Source of the DNA: Phyllobates terribilis
Lineage: Eukaryota
Length of the DNA: 64,000 bases
Direction: 5' to 3'
Assembly: GCF_046119375.1 (NCBI RefSeq)
Contig: NW_027362831.1
Coordinates: forward strand, 6,324,001 to 6,388,000
Part shown: positions 36,218 to 50,500 of the stretch, one piece after another
How positions within the stretch are numbered: position 1 is the stretch's first letter
How the letters are laid out: each line of letters starts with the position of its first letter
The notes under the pieces: model-generated
Told to the model about the DNA's origin: nothing
The model's database searches: none
The model's input: only the letters and a program-made list of their open reading frames with translations
Translations under genes and position numbers: made by a program

Positions 36218-39200
36218 ATGGACCCATCAAAGATGGATATGGACAGAGACAAGATGGCGGAGAGGATATTACACCTCACCCTAGAAATCCTCTTCTGTCT
36301 TACTGGAGAGGTGAGAGATTCTGATGACGTCACATTACATCATTCTTATCTATGGGAATAACAGATGGACAGAACTGGAGAGGTGAGGACTCTGGAAATA
36401 TCTGTAGAGAGATTTATTTATATGTCTTTCCATAACCAGGATTACATATTAGTGAAGAAGACCTCTAGTGAGCGCTGTCAGGTCCATGTGTCTGAGGGAT
36501 GGGGAAGACCCCTGAGCCCAATCACAGGGCCTCCATCTCACCCCCTGATATATGATGACATCAATGACCAGAAGATCCTAGAACTCGCCTACAAGATGAT
36601 TGAGCTGCTGACTGGAGAGGTGACACTGCTGGGAATGCTGGGACATTATACAGTAACGCTATGAAAGGATCGGGGGGGGGTGACTGTATCATTGTATGTG
36701 TCAGGTTCCTATAAGATGTCAGGATGTTACTGTCTATTTCTCCATGGAGGAGTGGGAGTATTTAGAAGGACACAAAGATCTGTACAAAGACGTCATGATG
36801 GAGGTTCCCCAGCCCCTCACATCACCAGGTAATAGACAGGACTGAATACACACGGCCTATAATTATCTGTATGTAAAGAATGAATTCAGTCCCTGTATGT
36901 GTTTCCTCCAGATCTGTCCAGTAAGAGGACAACACCAGAGAGATGTCCCCATCCTCTTCTTCCACAGGACTGTAAACAAGAAGACCCCAATGTTCCTCAA
37001 GATCATCAGGTAGATGGAGAGAAGGTGTAATGAGATCTCCCCTATGATGTGTAGACGGCTGTGAGGGTCTTGTGTTCAGTCTTGTTTTATCCACCAGTAT
37101 TATATGTTTTATACTTGTGTAATGAGGACGGTGGAGATGGCAGGATTAGAACTGATCATAGATGTGACTTCTCCATCTGTCTGTGACTTTTACAATATTT
37201 GTTTCAGGGTGAAGATCTGACCCATATTAATACTATAGAGGCATATGTGAGGGGTGATGAGCGGTGTAAAGAGGAGATTCCTACATATGACTACCCAGGT
37301 GAGTAGTGACCACTAAATGCGGAGAAGTCACAGATTCTTCTCAGTCACCGGCTGTGGCTGCTTTATCGGTGGTGTAGCCCGGCCATACCACAATCGTATG
37401 ATCACCATTTTGCCTCTAGACCACAACATTCTCCTACACAAAACTGTTCAAATGATTTTGGGCATTTAAAACCCTTTTCCATAGAACTTACAATCTGGAG
37501 GAACCACCTACCCCCTGGGATTAGGAGACATTACCTTCCCAGATCTGTAAACCACAAAGCCAGACAATCACTTGAAGAAAAATGTTATGATGGGCCTGTA
37601 AGAGAAAGTGGAGGGTAATGATCTATTGGCGTCCTAGAACCCTGATATCTTATTGGATGAATCTACCTTCTCTCCCTTCTGTGCTGCTGAATGTGCTCAT
37701 ATGGTCCCTACAAGACCAGGTCCAGTCTTTCTGGCCAAACTTAAGACTTATGATCTACAACATTAAATGTGCAGTGAGGCCAAGTGTGAATTTCTGTAAA
37801 ATAACAGCAGAGTTTCCCTTTATCCTGACTTTTTAGTTTCTTATAAAATGGACTAACTTCAAACAGGATTGTGATAAACTAAACAAAAAAAACATTACAC
37901 CTGTGCCATGATATATCTTTAAGCTAAATTTAAGACACCTCATCTCTGCAGTATTATAAAAAGTTCTCTTTGAACGTCTAATATTTCTTCTTGAAACTCA
38001 TCTGACAGAAAATATTGTCCCTTATGATAGTTTAGATTGCCAAGAGCCACCGAGCCCCATACTCCAATTACCACAGAGAGGTTTCACCACTAGTTACTCG
38101 TTTATTACTGATGGAGACTGTTGAGTTTGATCATTTCAGTAGATGTGTTATTGTCTATAGTCAGTTTTTGACTATAGTAGTTAGTGCCCAAAATACTCTG
38201 ATTTAACCCCTTCCTGCAGCCAGTTTTGTGTTCCTATCTGGACCCATTTTTCAAATCTGACGTGTGTCACTTTATGTGGTGATAACTTTGGAATTCTTCA
38301 CAAAGGATAATAGGAAACAAATGGACCTTAAAAATAATATTCCAACTTCTCTTGAATCTGACAATACCCTATATACGGTTGTACACTACTGTCTGGGCAC
38401 ATGGCAGGTTAAGAAGGGAAGGAGTGACATTTAGCTATTTGAATGCAGATTTTGCTGGGATAGTGTGCAGACACAATGTATTAGGGAGACTGTTCGTTGT
38501 CACCTGGCAGCTCAAAAGATGGCTACCACAAACAGGCTTGGCACTATCTACTCCATTTTCCAGATCCCAGGGTTTGCCTTGCTCATCATCCTTTAACCCC
38601 TCTACATGTATTTGGACTTAGACAGAGACCCCTAAGCTTGGGCCACAGTGTTACCTAATGTCCTGTGGTGTCAGATGGCAAGAAGAATAGTCAAATAGCT
38701 GGGTTAGAACATGGAGGGCAGAGAAAATACAAAATCACACAAAAGTAATCAGTAAAATGGCCGAGGTCACAACAGGAAGCAAATACACAAGCCGGGAGCT
38801 GAGCACAGAGGACTGAACCAGAGGAGGACAAGGCTGTATCTGGCAGCTTCCAGCAATATGCTTCCAGCTTTAGTAGGGTGCGGTGCTTTCCAGTTGGCTG
38901 AGGAAGGGAGCAGATTGCTCCAGCTGGACAGCACACACACCCATACTGCCAGACTGGATGGTACTACTGGTCCCAGCAACCCTAATCTTAGTGGCTGCGA
39001 AGAGCCTGCGCCGCCCAGAACTTCTGGTTCTGATGTCTCCTCCATCACCAGTGCCGCCTGCAGGATGAATAAGACTCCTGGTGAGAGAAGCAGACGTCGC
39101 AGGAGCAGATCCCAGAGGAGATGGGACCCACCATTTGCAGAAGCCCTAATATGACAAAATGTCAGAAAACCAGAGCAGTAGAAATCCACATAAAGTGACT

Positions 39201-42200
39201 CCATTTTGGAAATTATAACCCTCAGTGAAATAATCTATAGAAGTAGTGACTATTTTGACTCCACAGGCACTTTCCGGAAATTAGCGCGCAGTGGATGTTG
39301 GAGAGTGAAAATTACAAATATATAATTTCATTACCCAACACATAGTGTCGAGATTGTGCTCCAGGAGACACACACCATCAATTAAGTGGGTTCTTCTCAC
39401 TATAGTAATGCCAAATACATGGAGGCTAAATGTGGTTTGGGCACACTGCAAGGCTCAGAAGTGAGGGGGAGATCTGACTTTGGGAGAGCGGATATTGCTG
39501 GATTGGTTTATGGAAGCCATGTTGCTTTTCAAAAGCCTTTGAGCCACTAATAATGTGGAAACCTCTGGTTTTCCACTGACAGATGATGGACCTGAGTGGG
39601 GACTTGTTTTTTGTGAGATGAGTAGAAGTTTTTATTGGTATTATTTCACCTATATAACATTGTTTGGTGGATTTTTATTCCATATTTAGGAGGCAGAATT
39701 AACAAACAGTTGAACACCACGATCCACTGGTTCATCCTATGAGGTTTTCTATTAGACTGTGAACTGTTATTGTCTTGGTGAATAATGACGGCTAACATAG
39801 GGCAAAATAAAAAAATTCACAGAAAAACATACAGCCTTACCAACACAAATCATATAAGAAATGCACTAGCAGGATGCCACAGACCCCCATGATAAAGGTG
39901 GGGGCAGCGCAGGTGCAAAATACTGATGGAGCAACCACTCACAAACCGAACAATTCATGGAGAGGATGGTTGCCTAGTATTAAAGATGCACACAGATGAA
40001 GCTTGCATAGGACGCCAGTCACACAGGTAAGTGTGATGCACAGTGTCTGGCTTAGGATAGTGATGATGCCCATACTATTAGATCAGGGCGGCTGTCCAGC
40101 ACTATATAAGTGCACCCCACATGCACAGACACCTCAGTACACCCAACCAACACGAAAATGCTAGTGCATTTGTTATCTGATTTGGTGTTGGTAAGGCTGA
40201 TTTTTTTCTGTGATATGTTTTCTTGGTAAATAATGATACTTACTCTGTTGCCTCATTGGGGGACACACAGGACCTTGGGTGTTATGCTGCTGTCCACTAG
40301 GAGGCGACACTATGCATAATCTGGAAAAGATTAACCGTGGCTCCTCCTCTGCAGTATACACCCCTGAACGGCATCAGCCTTCTCCAGTTTTTGCTTAGCG
40401 TCGCATAGGAGGCACACCTAAAACCTTTACTCTGTTTTCACTGATGGGATTACAGATGAAGAAAAGTGGGTCTAGTGCGAGACTCCCGGCATGGCTCCTT
40501 CCTCGGCCCCTTGTTACAGGGTGCACGGTTGAAGTCGAAATGGCTATTCCCCATATCGCTCCTTCCCCAGCCCCTCGTGTGCTGGTTCGAAGACGAGACC
40601 CCCCTCCTTCCCCAGTTCCTTTCGGTTTCTGGGTTGAGGTCGAGGCGAGGATATAGCCCCCTGATAGTGACAGCCCCTGGGGGTATTAGGTTGAAACGCC
40701 TCAGGTAGGGCCTGTACAGGTACCAAGGACCCCAGCTCTGCTGCGGGTTCCTGTCGGGGCCGGGGGAGCGCAGGCAGGCATGATACAACAGAGGCACAGG
40801 CCTTCCTGCGCCCTGTTTCTGCGGCAGCACAAGTTCTATGGTGCCTCAGGGGGACTCTTCACAGGTTCACAGGGCCCCACCCCCTTTCGCTTCTACCCCA
40901 CCGCTACCCTGCCTTTAAATCCGGGGAGGTCCGGTTCAGATCCGGCCCCCTCCCGGACTTCCGCGCCGGCCTGGAGTCCCTTTGGGCATCAGGCACCTAA
41001 TTTAGGCTGCGGCTTCGGCCTAGCCGAAGCCACCACCTCCTCTCCCCGGCCCGCCCCCCCGATGACAAATATTACACTTTACAGTGTCATAGAGGGGGCG
41101 GATCGAGACTGAAAGGGCGCGATTTTACACAGTTCTTTCAGCTCTCCGCCCCCCTTCTTTCTTAACTTTACTCCGGCGACCATTATCTGCTGCAGAATAA
41201 GGGACATAGCCAGTCTCTGGGGGGCACAGGACTGCGGATCTTCGGCGCTGGACCTAGGGGCACACTGGTGGGATAAGATCACAGCTGGAGTTCTTCCTCG
41301 GCTGTGAGTCCATTATTCCTTATAGGCTCCTCTGCATAGCCTCCCCTGTAGGGCCCTCTGCATAGCCACCCCAGTGCACTATGCCGGGCTCAAGGTCCAA
41401 GAGAACCAGGCAGGACTGCTATTATGCACTCTGTACAGCCTGCAGCAATACTCTCCCCAGCGGCAGCATGTATCCGCACTGCCAGGACTGCATCCAGGCT
41501 ACTGTGCCAGAGCCCCAAGAAGCCCCTGCCAATGCTTCGGTGTCTAATGCCATGCTGGAATGGGTCACTCAGATATCGCAATCTATGACACAGTCTATAG
41601 ATAACCTAACTTCCACATTGCTTCAGGCTCTGCAAAGTCATGCCTCGGCTATGAACGCTACCCAGCAAAGGGAAAGCTCGACTCAGGGACATGTTGACCC
41701 GGGCACATCCACGTCTAGGTCAGGACACAAGCGGACCCACAGGTCACGTTCATCTGCGTCATCCCATAGCACACGGTCATCCCCTTCTAGGGAGACATAC
41801 CATAGTTCCAGATCATCTAGACCGTCCCCTACCAGGGACATACAATACAGTTCTCCGCAGGGATCCCCGACCAGAGAAGGCCTCCACCCTGGTTCACCCA
41901 GCAGGAGACACCTTAGCGATACACAGGATTCGGAAGGCATCTGTGATTCCGACTCAGACAAGGAAACTGAAGGGTCCCTGATCCCAGTTCCCCCTAGCAA
42001 TACAGCGCTAGTTGAGGTATTAATCTCGTCCATCCATCAGGTGCTGGACATTTCTGATCCGCCCCCAGAGGCACCACAACAAGATTTTATTTGAAGGAGT
42101 TCTGAAGCCGCCTAAGGTCTTTTTTGACCACCCAGAGTTTGTCGATCCTTAAAAAGCAGTTCTCACAGCCTGAGAAGAAGTTTACCAATCGCAAATATCT

Positions 42201-45200
42201 GGAAGCGCGGTACCCCTTCCCACAGGAGACCACCAAGGAATGGACAGATCCACCCAAAGTGGATCCCCCAGTCTCTAGGCTAGCAGCACAGTCACTCCTT
42301 TCACTGCCAGATAGCTCAATCCTCAGGGACGCAGCAGACCGGCAGGTAGAACGCATGGCTCGTTAAATTTTCGAGGCCGCAGGGGCCTCCCTGGCTCCCG
42401 CGTTCGCTTCAGTTTGGGTTGCCAAGGCCATCCTGGCTTGGGCCCAAAATTTACAAGCTGGCCTCCCAGTATCTGTTCCTGAGCTGTCGGACCAAGCGGT
42501 TCAAATAGCAGTTGTAGCAGATTACATGCTTCATGCAGCTCTGGATTATGCAAGGGGTGCAGCGGGGATAGCATCAAACGCCATCACGATTCGGCGTATC
42601 CTCTGGCTGCGGTAATGGAAAGCAGACGCAGCCTCAAAGAAGTCCCTTACGCACCTCCTGTACCGCAGTGGTCGACTTTTTGGTGAACAGTTGGATACGA
42701 TGATATCCAACGCCACCGGGAGTAAGAGTACCTCTCCTCCCCCAACTGAAACCCAAACGCACTTACAATAAGCATAACCAAACTCGATTCCGATCCTTTC
42801 GGAACTCTTCGGGCTGGTCCGCCTCACGGCCAGCACAAAATAACAACCGCCTCCCACGCAGGTACAACTCGCGGCCGATGCAAAAGTCGGACAAGACCTG
42901 GCAGTCAAAAGCAGGCCAGTCAAAGTCCAAAGGAGGAAAACCTCAGACCTTCTCCTCATCATGACTCACGGACTCCAGAAGACACCTCACCTGTAGGTGG
43001 CTGACTTTTGCTCTCTCATCAAGTATGGCTGCCTATTACAGAAGACAGGTGGGTCAGGGAACTAGTGTCTTCGGGATACAAGATAGAATTCACTTCCAAC
43101 CCATCAAACAGACTCTTTATTTCTGTTCCCCCAAAACCGCCACACAAGGCTCGTGCCTTCCGCCAAGCGGTCTTCTCGCTTCTTCAAGCTGCAGTCATAG
43201 TACCGGTCCCCGCGGCCGAGCGCTTCCGAGGGTTCTACTCCAATTTATTCGTAGTCCCCAATAAAGGAGGCGGCATACGGCCCATACTGGACCTAAAGCA
43301 GCTCAACAAATATGTACGGGTACGTCACTTCCGCATGAAGTCCCTTCGGTCCATCATTGCGTCTATGGAAAAGGGAGAATTTCTCGCCTCCATAGACATA
43401 CAAGACGCATACCTGCATATACCAATTGCGCCCGCCCATCAGAGATTTCTCAGGCTCGCAATCGACCAGGACCACTACCAGTTCGTGGCTCTCCCGTTCG
43501 GACTCGCCACGGCTCCCAGAGTGTTTACCAAAGTCAAGGCAGCCACCATGGACGTCCTGCACTCCAGAGGCATAGTAGTCGTTCCATACCTGGACGATCT
43601 CCATATCAAGGCTCCCACCTTCAAGGACTGCGAGCTCAGTGTCTCAATCACAATCGACACTCTGAGTTGCCTGGGCTGGTTAGTCAACCTACAAAAGTCA
43701 TCACCAACCCCGAGTCAGTCTCTGACCTTCCTGGGAATGCTATTCAGTACCTTAAGGGGTCTAGTGCTCCTTTCCAAGGACAAGGCACTGCCTCTCTGTC
43801 TAGGAGTTCGCACCCTCCTCAGCAAACCCCCTTGATCTCTCCGGTTTGCCATGAGAGTCCTTGGCAGGATGGTGGCGGCAATAGAAGCGGTCCCATTTGC
43901 CCAGCTTCACCTCAGGCCTCCCCAACTAGCCATCCTCAAGTCATGGGACAGGAACCCTCTTTCTCTCGACAGGGAGTTCCAGCTGACGTCGTCAACCAGG
44001 AGGTCCCTCCACTGGTGGCTCAACCCAACCTCACTAACAAAGGGGAAATCCTTTCTCACTGGTCAATGGAAGGTTCTGACCACCGAAGCGAGCCTGACGG
44101 GTTGGGGTGCGGTACACCTACACCACAGAGCACAGGGCAAGTGGTCCCCAGCGGAAGCGACCATGCCCATCAACATCTTGTAAATTCGTGCCATCCTCCT
44201 GGCATTGAGAGCCTTCCATCACTTACTGGCAGCCTCTCACATCAGAATACAGTCGGACAATGCCACGGCTGTGGCATATGTGAATCACCAAGGGGGGACC
44301 CGCAGTGCCAAGGCGATGCGAGAAGTGACACACATTCTCCACTGGGCGGAAGACACAGGTTCGGCTCTCTCTGCGGTCCACATTCCGGGTGTGGACAACT
44401 GGGAAGCAGACTTCCTCAGCCGGCAAGGAATGGACTCAGGAGAGTGGTCTCTCCATCCCGAAGTTTTTTGACAGATCTGCCATCGCTGGGGGACTCCAGA
44501 CGTGGACCTAATGGCATCCCACTTCAATGCCAAGGTCTCCAACTTCATGGCCAGAACACACAATCCGCAGGCGCTAGGAGCGGACGCCCTGGTTCAGGAC
44601 TGGACCCAGTTCCAGTTCCTGTACATTTTTCCACCTCTTACCCTGATATCCAGAGTGGTGAGGAAGATCAAGCAAGAGGGAATTCCAACCATCCTAATCA
44701 CACCGGACTGGCCCAGACGTACATGGTACGCCGACATCATACAGCTCACAGCAGACGTCCCCTGGCGTCTCCCCGACCACCCCGATCTTCTGTCACAAGG
44801 CCCGTTCTACCACCAGAACTCAGAGGCCCTCAATTTGACGGCTTGGCCATTGAGACCTGGGTTCTAACCCAGTCAGGGTTCTCGCCGGAAGTCATTGGAA
44901 CCATGTTCAGGGCACAGAAGCCAACCTCTGCTAAGATTTATTACTGTACCTGGAAAGCCTTCTTTACCTGGTGCGAATCTCTCGTGGCCAAATCCCATTC
45001 CCTTATTCCCTCCCCAGGGTACTTGGGTTTCTCCAATCATGTCTGGAGGCCAGACTGTCCCTGGCCTCCCTTAAGAGCCAGGTGTCAGCTCTCTCAGTGC
45101 TTTCTCAGAGGTGCATCGCTAACAAGCCGCAAGTAAGGACATTTCTTCAGGGGGTTTCCCAATTGGTTCCCCCCTACAGACGACCACTAGAAACGTGGGA

Positions 45201-47025
45201 CCTCAACCTGGTGCTGACAGCATTGCAGGAAACACCTTTTGAACCCCTTAGGGAAGTCCCACTCCGCCTTCTATCCCAGAAAGTGGTTTTCCTGGTGGCA
45301 ATCACCTCGCTACGCAGGGTGTCTGAACTGAGAGCACTCTCCTGCAGACGGCCTCCCTGGCTTTTCACCAGGACAAGGTAGTCCTCCGTACGGTCCCATC
45401 CTTCCTCCCGAAGGTTGTATCCAACTTCCACCTCAATGAGAAAATTTCACTGCCATCCTTCTGTCCGGTCCCGGTTCATAGAGTGGAGAAGGCTCTGCAT
45501 ACGCTTGACCTTGTCAGGGCATTGCGTATCTATGTGTCTAGGACTGCGCCCTTCCGGAAGTCTGATTCTCTTTTCCTTCTTCTGGAAGGCGGCAGCAAGG
45601 GTCTGCCAGCTTCCAAAGCTACCCTTGCCAGGTGGATCAAATCCACCATACAAGAGACCTACCGCCTCAAAAATTTTCCTCTTCCAGCAGGTATTATGGC
45701 ACACGTGCGGTAGGGGCCTCCTGGGCCATTCGGCACCAGGCTTCGGCACAACAAGTGTGTAAGGCAGCCACCTGGACTAGCCTACACACGTTTACCAAAC
45801 ACTACAGGGTTCATACCCAGTCCTCAGCAGATGCGAGCCTGGGCAGATGTGTTCTGCAGGCGGCGCCCGTCTACACAATATTCGTCCATTGCTTCCCACC
45901 CAGGGACTGCTTTGGGACGTCCCAAGGTCCTGTGTCCCCCAATGAGGCGACAGAGTAAAGTAGATTTTTGTGTACTCACCGTAAAATCTCTTAGCCTCTA
46001 ATTGGGGGACACAGCTCCCACCCTGTTGTCCGTTCCGGGCCGTTGTTATGTTGAGTTCTCATATTGTTTTTCCCTTGAGCTCGTACATAGTTGCCTTCTT
46101 ATAGGCATGGTTATGTTATCCATGTTACGTTCCTCCTACTGCTTTTGCACAAACTGGAGAAGGCTGATGCCGTCCAGGGGTGTATGCTGCAGAGGAGGAG
46201 CCACGGTTAATCTTTTTCAGATTATGCATAGTGGACAGCACATAACACCCAAGGTCCTGTGTCCCCCAATTAGAGGCTAAGAGAAAGAGATTTTACGGTG
46301 AGTACACAAAAATCTCCTTTTTACATAAAGTACATTTTTACAGAGAGTTTAATTAGAAATGTTCAAAAATATAAAATTCAAGGATTTTTTTATTAAAAAG
46401 ATAATAATTGGTTTTATTCTTGGCAGATGACTGTACCAGGAGATCAGAGGGACAGCTGACATCTTTAATTTTTAAATCAGATGATCTTGAGATCACACAA
46501 GATACAATTGAAGTGAATGCCATTACTCCAGATATACCATCATCCCTTCACAGCAAAGATCTGTCATCTGATCATTTGAAACAGGTTCTGTCTTCTGATT
46601 CATTACCGACTACTAAGGAAAATCAAAGTCACAAAATAAGCATTAAAAACAAATTGCTCCTAAAGCAAAGAAGCCATTTTCATGTTCAGAATATGGAAAT
46701 AGTTTTTCCCTCGAAAAAGTTTTTTCTTAAATATCAAAGCATTCACACAGCAAAGAATAGATTTTTTTGTTTCAAGTGTGGGAAATTTTTTAACCAGAAA
46801 TCAAATCTTGTTAATCACCAGAGAATTCACACAGGGGAGAAGCCATTTTCTTGTTCAGAAAGTGGAAAATGTTTTACAGAGAAATCGAGTTTTATCAGAC
46901 ATCAGAGAACTCACACAGGGGAGAAGCCTTTTTCTTGCTCAGAATGTGGAAAATGTTTTAGCCGGAAAACAGATTTGGTTGAGCACCAGAGAACTCACAC
47001 AGGGGAGAAGCCTTTTTTCTGTTAA
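36218..47025 (+). CDS. FAX/KRAB-C2H2 zinc-finger gene, tandem copy 2 (open frame, about 394 aa, 2 intact + 1 degenerate finger)
   Basis: Exons 36218-36310, 36440-36619, 36705-36828, 36912-37009, 37208-37298 and 46427-47025 splice in frame without stops. The TAA stop is supplied by the duplication junction. Confidence 0.75.
40240..46320 (+). mobile_element. DIRS1-type retrotransposon, copy 2 (structurally complete, coding regions decayed)
   Basis: Left ITR 40240-40390, ICR about 45921-46013 complementary to both termini, right ITR 46151-46320. gag from 41381, RT 43008-43835 (YLDD), RH, MTase 44502-44867, YR about 44850-45958 (RRVSEL, KHY). Confidence 0.95.
44502..44867 (+). pseudogene. DIRS DNA N6-adenine-methyltransferase-like domain (copy at 33667-34032)
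   Basis: [10 protein letters not shown]...DALVQDW...LYIFPP...[19 protein letters not shown], located after RNase H as established for DIRS1 elements. Confidence 0.8.
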
Positions 47026-47529
47026 GACATGAGATGCCACTTGATAGAAGATTACAGTCCGGGGAAGACGGGAAACATTCATATAAACAACCGGTGGAGA
47101 TGTAGTCAGTAAAGAACTCTGGTTAAATATGTTTCAAGAGCCGCAGTAGAAGATAAAGATGTCGTCCTCCTCATGAAGTAGTTATTTCTCATGTCACGTG
47201 TATTGAATATCTCCTGCAGTGTCGGTAAATGAGACGAGAATTAGCTTTATGGAAGATGAGTCTATGAGAAACGTGTTCAGCTGCAGACTCCAAGGAAGAA
47301 ACTGCTTGTTGTCTGTGGCCTAAAATATATAGGTTTTATTACTAGATGTAAAGAAGAAAACTAAATACTGTAAAATAATAAATCTCCTCATATGTTTCCC
47401 CGTATTATCTCCAGTAATTGTATTATTACACAGGATTTTTATGATGTTACATCGGCTCATCATCTTCTCATTCAGGTCCCTACAATATCAGATCCTCTCA
47501 GTGAAGATCTATTAAAGAGAATTTTCCTT

Positions 47530-50500
47530 ATGGACCCATCAAAGATGGATATGGACAGAGACAAGATGGCAGAGAGGATATTACACCTCACCCTAGAGAT
47601 CCTCTTCCGTCTTACTGGAGAGGTGAGAGATTCTGATGATGTCACATTACATCATTATTATCTATGGAAATAACAGATGGACAGAACTGGAGAGGTGAGG
47701 ACTCTGGAAATGTCTGTAGTGAGATTTATTAATGTGTCTCTCCATAACCAGGATTACACAGTAGTGAAGAAGACCTCTAGTGAGCGCTGTCAGGACCCTG
47801 TGTCTGAGGGATGGGGAAGACCCCTGAGCCAAATCACGGGGCCTCCAAGACACCCCCTGATACATGAGGACATCAATGACCAGAAGATCCTAGAACTCAC
47901 CTACAAGATGATTGAGCTGCTGAATGGAGAGGTGACACTGCTGGGAATGCTGGGACATTATACAATAGCACTATGAAGGGATCGGGGGGATGACTGTATC
48001 ATTGTATGTGTCAGGTTCCTATAAGATGTCAGGATGTCGCTGTCTATTTCTCCATGGAGGAGTGGGAGTATTTAGAAGGACACAAAGATCTGTACAAGGA
48101 CGTCATGATGGAGGTTCCCCAGCCCCTCACATCATCAGGTAATAGACAGGACTGAATACACACTGCCTATAATTATCTGTATGTAAAGAATGAATTCAGT
48201 CCCTGTATGTGTTTCCTCCAGATCTATCCAGTAAGAGGACAACACCAGAGAGATGTCCCCCTCCTCTTCTTCCACAGGACTGTAAACAAGAAGATCCCAA
48301 TGTTCCTCAGGATCATCAGGTAGATGGAGAGAAGGTGTCATGAGATCTCCCCTATGATGTGTAGAAATCTGTGAAGGTCTTGTGTTCAGTCTTGTTTTAT
48401 CCACCAGTATTATATATTTTATACTTGTGTAATGAGTACGTTGGAGATGGCAGGATTAGAGCCGATCATAGATGGGACTTCTCATCTGTTTGTGACTTTT
48501 ACAATATTTGTTTCAGGGTGAAGATCTGACCCATATTAATACTACAGAGACATATGTGAGGGGTGATGAGCGGTGTAAAGAGGAGATTCCTACATATGAC
48601 CACCCAGGTGAGTAGTGACCACTAAATGCAGAGAAGTCACAGATTCTTCTCAGTCACCGGCTGTGGCTGCTTTATCAGTGGTGTAGTCTGGCCATATCAC
48701 AATCGTGTGATCACCATTTTGCCGCTAGATCACAACATTCTCCTCCACCCAAAACTGTTCAAATGATTTTGGGCATTTAAAACCCTTTTCCATAGAACTT
48801 ACAACCTGGAAGATCAACCTACCCCCTGGGATTAGGAGACGCTGACCGTTACCTGCCCAGATCTGTAAACCACAAAGCCAGAAAATCACTTGAAGAAAAA
48901 TATTATGATGAAAGTGGAGGGTAATGATGCTGTTGGCTTCCTAGATCCCTGATATCTTATTGGATGAATCTACCTTCTCTCCCTTCTGTGCTGCTGAATG
49001 TGCTCATATGGTTCCTACAAGACCAGGTCCAGTCTTTCTGGCCGAACGTCACTTTTATGATCGACAGCATTAAATGTGCAGTGAGGAACAAGTGTGAATT
49101 TCTGTACAATAACAGCAGAGTTTCCCTTTATCCTGACTTTTCAATTTCTTTTAAAATCGACTAACTTCAAACCAGATTGTGATAAACTATACAGAAAACA
49201 TTACACCTGTGCCATGATATATCTCTAAGCTAAATATAAGACACCTCAGCTCTGCATTATTATAAAAAGTTCTCTTTGAACATCTAATATTTCTTCTTGA
49301 AACTCATCTGACAGAAAATATTTTCCCTTACGATAGTTTAGATTCCCAAGAGCCCCTGAGCTCCATACTCTAATTACCCCAGAGAGGTTTCACCACTAGT
49401 TACTCACTACTTACTGATGGAGACTGTTGAGTTTGATCATTTCAGTAGATGTGTTATTGTCTATACTCACAGTTTTTGACTTCAGTAATCCTCTGCTTTA
49501 ACCCCTTCCTGCAGCCAGTTTTGTGTTCCTAATCAGACCCATTTTTGAAATCTGACGTGTGTCACTTTATATGGTGATAACTTTGGAATTCTTCACAAAG
49601 GATAATAGGAAACAAATGGACCTTACAAACTTCCAACTACTCTTGAATCCGACAATACTCTATATACGGTTGTACCCTACTGTCTGGGCACATGGCAGGT
49701 TAAGAAGGGAAGGAGCGACATTTAGCTATTTGAATGCAGATCTTGCTGGAATAGTTTGCAGACACAATGTATTGGGGGCACTGTTCGTTGTCACCTGGCA
49801 GCTCAAAAGATGGCCACCACAAACAGGCTTGGCGCTATCTACTCCATTTTCCAGATCCCAGGGTTTGCCTTGCTCATCATCCTTTAACCCCTCTACATGT
49901 ATTTGGACTTAGACAGAGACCCCTAAGCTTGGGCCACAGTGTTACCTAATGTTCTGTGGTGTGAGATGGAAAGAAGAATAGTCAGGTAGCCGGGTCAGAA
50001 CATGGAGGTCAGAGAAAATACAAAATCACACAAAAGTAGTCAGTAAACTGGCCGAGGTCACAACAGGACACAAATACACAAACCGGGAGCTGAGCACAGA
50101 GGACTGAACCAGAGGAGAACAAGGCTGTATCTGGCAGCTCCCAGCAATATGCTTCCAGCTTTAGTAGGGTGTGGTGCTCTCCAAATGGCTGAAGCAGGGA
50201 GCAGATTACTCCAGCTGGACAGCACACACACCCATACTGCCAGACTGGATGGTACTACTGGTCCCAGCAACCCTAATCTTAGTGGCTGGACAGAGCCTGC
50301 GCCGCCCAGAGCTTCTGGTTCTGACGTCTCCTCCATCACCAGCGCCACCTGCAGGATGAATAAGGCGGCTCCTGGTGAGAGAAGCAGACGTCGCAGGAGC
50401 AGATCCCAGAGGAGATGGGACACACCATTTTCAGAAGTCCTAATGTGACCATATTGCAGAAAACCAGAGCAGTAGAAATCCCCATAAAGTGACTCCATTT

